From an uncultured Candidatus Saccharibacteria bacterium (GTDB lineage: Bacteria > Patescibacteriota > Minisyncoccia > Phycocordibacterales > PALSA-1337), in contig CAZLCD010000003.1 of NCBI GenBank assembly GCA_964558375.1, positions 155 through 64,154 on the forward strand: 64,000 nt of DNA, read 5' to 3'. Each line of letters opens with the position of its first letter. Position 1 is the stretch's first letter. Shown in pieces: positions 59,957 through 64,000 of this stretch. The notes under the pieces were generated by a model. That model worked only from the letters and a program-made list of their open reading frames with translations, was not told the DNA's origin and searched no databases. Position numbers and translations under genes: made by a program.

Positions 59957-61384
59957 ATGATCGACTTGTCTACATTAACAATTAAAAAAGCTCACGAAGC
60001 TTTGAAAAAAGGTGAATATTCTTGTGTAGAACTGACACAAAGATATCTTGAAGAAATAGAAAAGCAAAATAAAGAAATAAACGCCTATCTCGAAGTTTTT
60101 CCCGATGCTATTAGACAAGCCGAAGAAGCCGATAAAAGATTTAAAGATGGCACTGCTACTATCCTTACTGGAATCCCTTTTGCTATCAAAGATAATATTT
60201 TAATAAAGGGTAGAATCGCGAGCTCGGCCTCAAAGATTTTGGAAAATTATCACGCAAGTTATGATGCAACTGTTATAGAAAAACTGAGGGTGGCAGGTGT
60301 CGTTTTTTTGGGTAGAACCAATATGGATGAATTTGCAATGGGAGGGTCTACAGAAAACTCTGCTTTTGGAGTTACAAAAAATCCTCATGACACATCAAGG
60401 GTGGCGGGTGGATCTTCAGGTGGATCATCTGCGGCTATGGCTATGAATGGAGCATTGGCAAGTCTAGGATCTGATACTGGAGGGTCTGTACGTCAACCTG
60501 CTAGTTTCTGTGGTCTTGTGGGTCTAAAGCCAACATACGGCGCAGTCTCTCGTTATGGTGTGATGTCTATGGGATCTTCTTTGGATCAGATAGGTCCTTT
60601 CGGTAAAACTGTAACTGATACAGAAATTATCTTCGATGCTATCTCCGGGCAAGACATAAAAGATAGCACGACTACTCCAAAAGAAACCTTTCAATTGAAA
60701 AATTATGACAAAAAACCTGTGATCGGTGTACCTAGGGATTTTTTTAAAGGAGATGGGATAGATAAAGATGTGATTTTAAATTTTAATGAATCTGTAGAAA
60801 AATTAAAAACACTTGGATACGAAATCAAAGATATTTCTTTGCCAAATATTTCATATTCCTTACCTGCCTATTATGTGATTATGCCAGCTGAAGTTTCTTC
60901 AAACCTAGCACGCTTCGATGGTATGCGTTTTGGTCTTCATAAGGATGGCAAAGATGGCATAGACGATTATTTTGAAACTCGAGGAATAGGTTTCGGCAAA
61001 GAGGTTAGAAGAAGAATTTTACTAGGAACTTATGTGCTTTCGTCAGGGTATTATGATGCATATTACAATCGTGCAAATACTGTTAGAAATATTATCACCG
61101 ATGACTTCGTGAAAGCTTTTGAAAATGTTGATATAATACTAACACCTACAACTCCTGCGCCAGCATTCAAGATAGGTGAGAAAACTTCCGATCCTGTAGC
61201 AATGTATCTTGAGGATATATTTACTGTAACTGCCAACCTTACTGGTATGCCAGCCATTTCTATTCCTTCTGGTTTCAGTGAAGTTTCAGAAAAAAAGCTT
61301 CCACTAGGGATACAGATGACTGGCCGCCACGGAGAAGAGAAAACTTTATTTGATGTAGGTAAAGAATTTTTGGGAGAAAAGTAG
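59957..61384 (+). CDS. gatA: Asp/Glu-tRNA amidotransferase subunit A
   Basis: IKDN, TNMDEFAMG, GGSSGGS, GSDTGGSVRQPA, SSNLARFDG. Confidence 0.97.
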   Translation: MIDLSTLTIKKAHEALKKGEYSCVELTQRYLEEIEKQNKEINAYLEVFPDAIRQAEEADKRFKDGTATILTGIPFAIKDNILIKGRIASSASKILENYHASYDATVIEKLRVAGVVFLGRTNMDEFAMGGSTENSAFGVTKNPHDTSRVAGGSSGGSSAAMAMNGALASLGSDTGGSVRQPASFCGLVGLKPTYGAVSRYGVMSMGSSLDQIGPFGKTVTDTEIIFDAISGQDIKDSTTTPKETFQLKNYDKKPVIGVPRDFFKGDGIDKDVILNFNESVEKLKTLGYEIKDISLPNISYSLPAYYVIMPAEVSSNLARFDGMRFGLHKDGKDGIDDYFETRGIGFGKEVRRRILLGTYVLSSGYYDAYYNRANTVRNIITDDFVKAFENVDIILTPTTPAPAFKIGEKTSDPVAMYLEDIFTVTANLTGMPAISIPSGFSEVSEKKLPLGIQMTGRHGEEKTLFDVGKEFLGEK

Positions 61385-61407
61385 AGAAATAAAGAGAAAA
61401 ATAAAAA

Positions 61408-62007
61408 ATGCAAGACACACCAATAGAAGTTATAACAACCCCCACTATCGATATCCAATCTTATCTAGAAATAGCGATCAACTTTTTTGTTGGCCATTTC
61501 CCTAGTTTTATAAATTTTCTAAAATCTACTATAGGTATTTTAATCGGCGTTTCTATACCGCTCTCCGTTATCCTATTTATAGGGATTATTATTGCCGTTG
61601 AAGGTCTCAAGTCAATTAGAAAAAAGGAGGAGAAAGCCTTAAGTGCAAAAGTTGATATGGGTTATGAAGAAAAAGCAAAGGGTAATCATGATATGGCTAA
61701 TAAATGGCAAAATGTTTTGACACACGTAGAATCCGTTAATCCCAATGATTGGAGGCAAGCGATAATCGAAGCGGATATTTTACTTGGAGAAGTGCTAACA
61801 CATCTTGGATATAGAGGAGAGGGTATCGGAGAGCAATTAAAAAGGGCAAATAAGGCTGATTTTGTAACCCTAAATGATGCTTGGGAGGCTCATAAAGTTC
61901 GAAATGAAATTGCTCACAGTGGCTCAGATTTTCCTCTTACCCAGATCGAGGCTCGACAAGTCATCCATAAATACCGCAAGGTTTTCGAGGAGTTTTTCTA
62001 TATTTAA
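61408..62007 (+). CDS. Hypothetical membrane-anchored protein
   Basis: TM helix followed by WRQAIIEAD, GEQLK, AWEAHKVRNEIAH (RxxxxH, HEPN-like end). Confidence 0.75.
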   Translation: MQDTPIEVITTPTIDIQSYLEIAINFFVGHFPSFINFLKSTIGILIGVSIPLSVILFIGIIIAVEGLKSIRKKEEKALSAKVDMGYEEKAKGNHDMANKWQNVLTHVESVNPNDWRQAIIEADILLGEVLTHLGYRGEGIGEQLKRANKADFVTLNDAWEAHKVRNEIAHSGSDFPLTQIEARQVIHKYRKVFEEFFYI

Positions 62008-62072
62008 TTTGATTTTAAATTGCACATCACATTTGCGCATCTTACTACTTGTGTGTTAATATGGTTATCTAT

Positions 62073-62144
62073 AGCGGGGTAGAGTAACAGTAGCTCGTCA
62101 GGCTCATAACCTGAAGATTGTCGGTGCAATTCCGACCTCCGCAA
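62073..62144 (+). tRNA. tRNA-Met(CAT), probable initiator
   Basis: Cloverleaf: AGCGGGG/CTCCGCA with 1:72 mismatch, anticodon arm TCAGG-CTCATAA-CCTGA, T arm GTCGG/CCGAC; CCA not encoded. Confidence 0.9.
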
Positions 62145-62160
62145 CAATCAAGAGGTGCTA

Positions 62161-62189
62161 TTGACTTATATTGCATGATATGTTATACT
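62161..62189 (+). promoter_or_regulatory. Near-consensus sigma70 promoter
   Basis: TTGACT-N17-TATACT with TG extension. Confidence 0.75.
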
Positions 62190-62217
62190 ATGTGGGTAGT
62201 ACCTTTACATAGTGAAC

Positions 62218-62267
62218 TTTGTTACAGCTTTAAGGGCATTTGCCTGTGCTTTTGAAGCTGTAACAAA
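62218..62267 (+). other. Long hairpin in the 5' leader of the 62300 gene
   Basis: TTTGTTACAGCTT / AAGCTGTAACAAA perfect 13 bp, extendable to 21 bp with G-U pairs. Confidence 0.65.
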
Positions 62268-62299
62268 ACGTTTCAGCAAACAAAACAAAGGAAAAAGTT

Positions 62300-62806
62300 A
62301 TGAAATTAAGTTCTGATGCAGTTGCATTCCTCCAGATGACGCAGGTTGCCTTAACAAATATTGCTACTAAATATCTCAGTTGTTTTGACAACACAACAGA
62401 GAAACAGTTAGCGGAGGCAAAAATTGCCGGGATGATTGTCGGAGAGACGGAATTGTTTTTTGAAGAAAGAGGTTTGGTTCAAAGAGAGAAAGTCGGTTGT
62501 ATTGAATTTAGGGGCTTCACCCTTAAAGGACAATTGATGAATGGAAACTCTTTTGAATCATACGGGTTTGTAGGTAGGAAGCATGGGAAAGAAAGATGGT
62601 GCTCACTTGGAGTCAGTATTAAAATCACTGATCACGAGTTAGAGGAATCTTTAGCAAGTGGTGCTTTCATTGTTGGGGGTAATCCTAATGATGATCATCA
62701 TACTTTTCTAAGTTATTGTGATGAAGAAGTTCCTTTTCGTCTTTGTCAGATGGCAAATGAGAAGAGGAGGGATTTTGTCCAATGGCTTCTAGAGTGTGAA
62801 AATTAG
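62300..62806 (+). CDS. Hypothetical protein (ORFan-like)
   Basis: 168-aa ORF with its own promoter, weak SD AAGGA and downstream hairpin. Confidence 0.65.
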   Translation: MKLSSDAVAFLQMTQVALTNIATKYLSCFDNTTEKQLAEAKIAGMIVGETELFFEERGLVQREKVGCIEFRGFTLKGQLMNGNSFESYGFVGRKHGKERWCSLGVSIKITDHELEESLASGAFIVGGNPNDDHHTFLSYCDEEVPFRLCQMANEKRRDFVQWLLECEN

Positions 62807-62918
62807 TAGGTTAATATGCACCATCGTTAGTTAAGTTAATTGTCGGTGTGAGTGTTTTTGTACTTTGTTTCGGTTACTTGAAATGGAAGTTCACTTTTGT
62901 GAATAGGAAAAAAGAAAG

Positions 62919-62953
62919 TAACCGCGCAGTCTGCAAAGATCGTGCGGTTTAAT
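62919..62953. terminator. Hairpin, probable terminator
   Basis: AACCGCGC..GTCT-GCAA-AGAT..GTGCGGTT. Confidence 0.55.
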
Positions 62954-62992
62954 TTTGTCTATTTATATACTCATGATATAGTGTCATATAAC

Positions 62993-63712
62993 ATGAATTC
63001 TAAAAGACACTTATTAAATAAAGTTATACAAGATAGAAAAACTGGAATGTCTCTGGGTGATCTGTCTAAGAAGTATAAGATTTCTAAAAGCACCGTTAGC
63101 TTATGGTGTAATGATATTAAACTTTCAAATAAAGTAAAACTCCTCATAAAAGAAAACTGGCTTATAAAAACTACTTCAGCACGTGCGAAAGGTACAATCA
63201 AAATTAAGCAGAAAAGAATAGATAGTATAGAAAGGGAATATATAGAAGCAAAGAAAATAATTAATACTTTAAGTGACAGAGACCTATTGATCATGGGTGC
63301 TGCTCTGTATTGGGCAGAAGGTAGTAAAAAGGAAACAGGATCAGGATTCAGCTTTATAAATTCAGACCCTCTTATGATTAAGATTATGTATAAATGGTTG
63401 ATAAAGATTATGAATATCAAAAAAGATCAATTAACCATTAACTTAGCCATAAATATAGTTCACAAAGAAAGAGAAAAAGAAATATTGAAATTTTGGTCAA
63501 ATCTGCTAGACTTCAACTTGGGAGCTTTTGGTAATACCACTTTCATAAAGACACCCCATTTGAGGATGTATGATAATCATACAAACTATTTTGGTATGTT
63601 GCGTATCAAAGTTAAATCAAGTTCTTGGTTGAGAAGAAGAATTTTGGGTATGATCAAAGTTTTTACCAAAGAAGCCGACGTAGCTCAGGTGGCTAGAGCA
63701 TCGCACTCATAA
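62993..63712 (+). CDS. HTH plus LAGLIDADG-like endonuclease-fold protein overlapping a tRNA
   Basis: N-terminal HTH (MSLGDLSKKYKISKSTVSLW); GAALYWAEGS helix, FINSDP, FWS, YFG..RI; start moved to ATG 62993. Confidence 0.65.
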   Translation: MNSKRHLLNKVIQDRKTGMSLGDLSKKYKISKSTVSLWCNDIKLSNKVKLLIKENWLIKTTSARAKGTIKIKQKRIDSIEREYIEAKKIINTLSDRDLLIMGAALYWAEGSKKETGSGFSFINSDPLMIKIMYKWLIKIMNIKKDQLTINLAINIVHKEREKEILKFWSNLLDFNLGAFGNTTFIKTPHLRMYDNHTNYFGMLRIKVKSSSWLRRRILGMIKVFTKEADVAQVARASHS

Positions 63713-63747
63713 AGCGAAGGTCCCTGGTTCGAGTCCAGGCGTCGGCA
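63674..63747 (+). tRNA. tRNA with CAT anticodon (elongator Met most likely; Ile2 not excluded)
   Basis: GCCGACG/CGTCGGC acceptor, TCGCA-CTCATAA-AGCGA, CCTGG-TTCGAGT-CCAGG. Confidence 0.9.
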
Positions 63748-63802
63748 CATTTAATCAAAGACGCTTTGAAATTATACAGAATTATGTATAATAGATCCTA
63801 TT

Positions 63803-63876
63803 GCGATCGTAGCTCAACTGGTTAGAGCACCCGCCTGTCACGTGGGAGGTTACGGGTTCGAGCCCCGCCGATCGCG
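63803..63876 (+). tRNA. tRNA-Asp(GTC)
   Basis: GCGATCG/CGATCGC acceptor, CCCGC-CTGTCAC-GTGGG, TTCGA T-loop, G discriminator. Confidence 0.93.
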
Positions 63877-63890
63877 CAGAGAATTAGACA

Positions 63891-63916
63891 AAGGGACTTC
63901 GAGAGAGGTTCTTTTT
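63891..63916 (+). terminator. Intrinsic terminator after tRNA-Asp
   Basis: AAGGGACTTC-GAGA-GAGGTTCTTT followed by further Ts. Confidence 0.65.
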
Positions 63917-64000
63917 CTGTATTTGATTAACTTCAATAAATAGACTATTCTTACCTCTGTGCCGTTGTAGCTGTTTTGGTAGTTAAACCTGATGGAGTGT

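Noticed and set aside
59645-61384. Missing gatB as a defect
   Set aside because: gatB can be encoded separately; its absence from one window is uninformative.

Overview
AT-rich, gene-dense bacterial chromosome segment that reads cleanly in genetic code 11. Gene content suggests a Patescibacteria/CPR (Parcubacteria-like) genome (inference): a solitary VirD4/HerA-like ATPase, tandem type IV pilins, ligA-gatC-gatA and a tRNA-linked HTH/LAGLIDADG-like ORF. Layout: (1) 0-5 kb, membrane proteins, pyk and radC. (2) 5.1-13.5 kb, an unusual cell-wall-like cluster: degenerate MurD-like ligase, fold-type-II PLP enzyme, 54-aa LysW-like zinc-ribbon protein ending in Lys instead of Glu, Mpl-like ligase, inserted RelE/HTH toxin-antitoxin pair, Bpt/ATE-like aminoacyl-tRNA transferase coupled to an MraY with a large insertion, NlpC/P60-like hydrolase and ATP-grasp ligase. 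This is my best candidate for an undescribed system: carrier-protein-assisted synthesis or salvage of a non-canonical peptidoglycan-like precursor. (3) 13.6-19.5 kb, ORFans, DUF4015-like hydrolase, ATPase, a GT4 and a SMODS-associated-NUDIX-like gene. (4) about 17.6-52.6 kb, a very large glycan locus (10 GT4, GT2, epimerases, gmd, asnB, 5 methyltransferases, 3 kinases, a putative rare-sugar pathway, flippase, O-antigen-ligase/TPR protein) directly abutting (5) a type IV pilin cluster with pilD. (6) ligA, gatCA, three tRNAs and a LAGLIDADG-like ORF whose stop codon lies in a tRNA anticodon loop. Many genes appear leaderless (-10 box 4-10 nt before the start codon). No CRISPR array, rRNA or transposase was seen. 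All calls come from motif recognition by eye, with no database searches.
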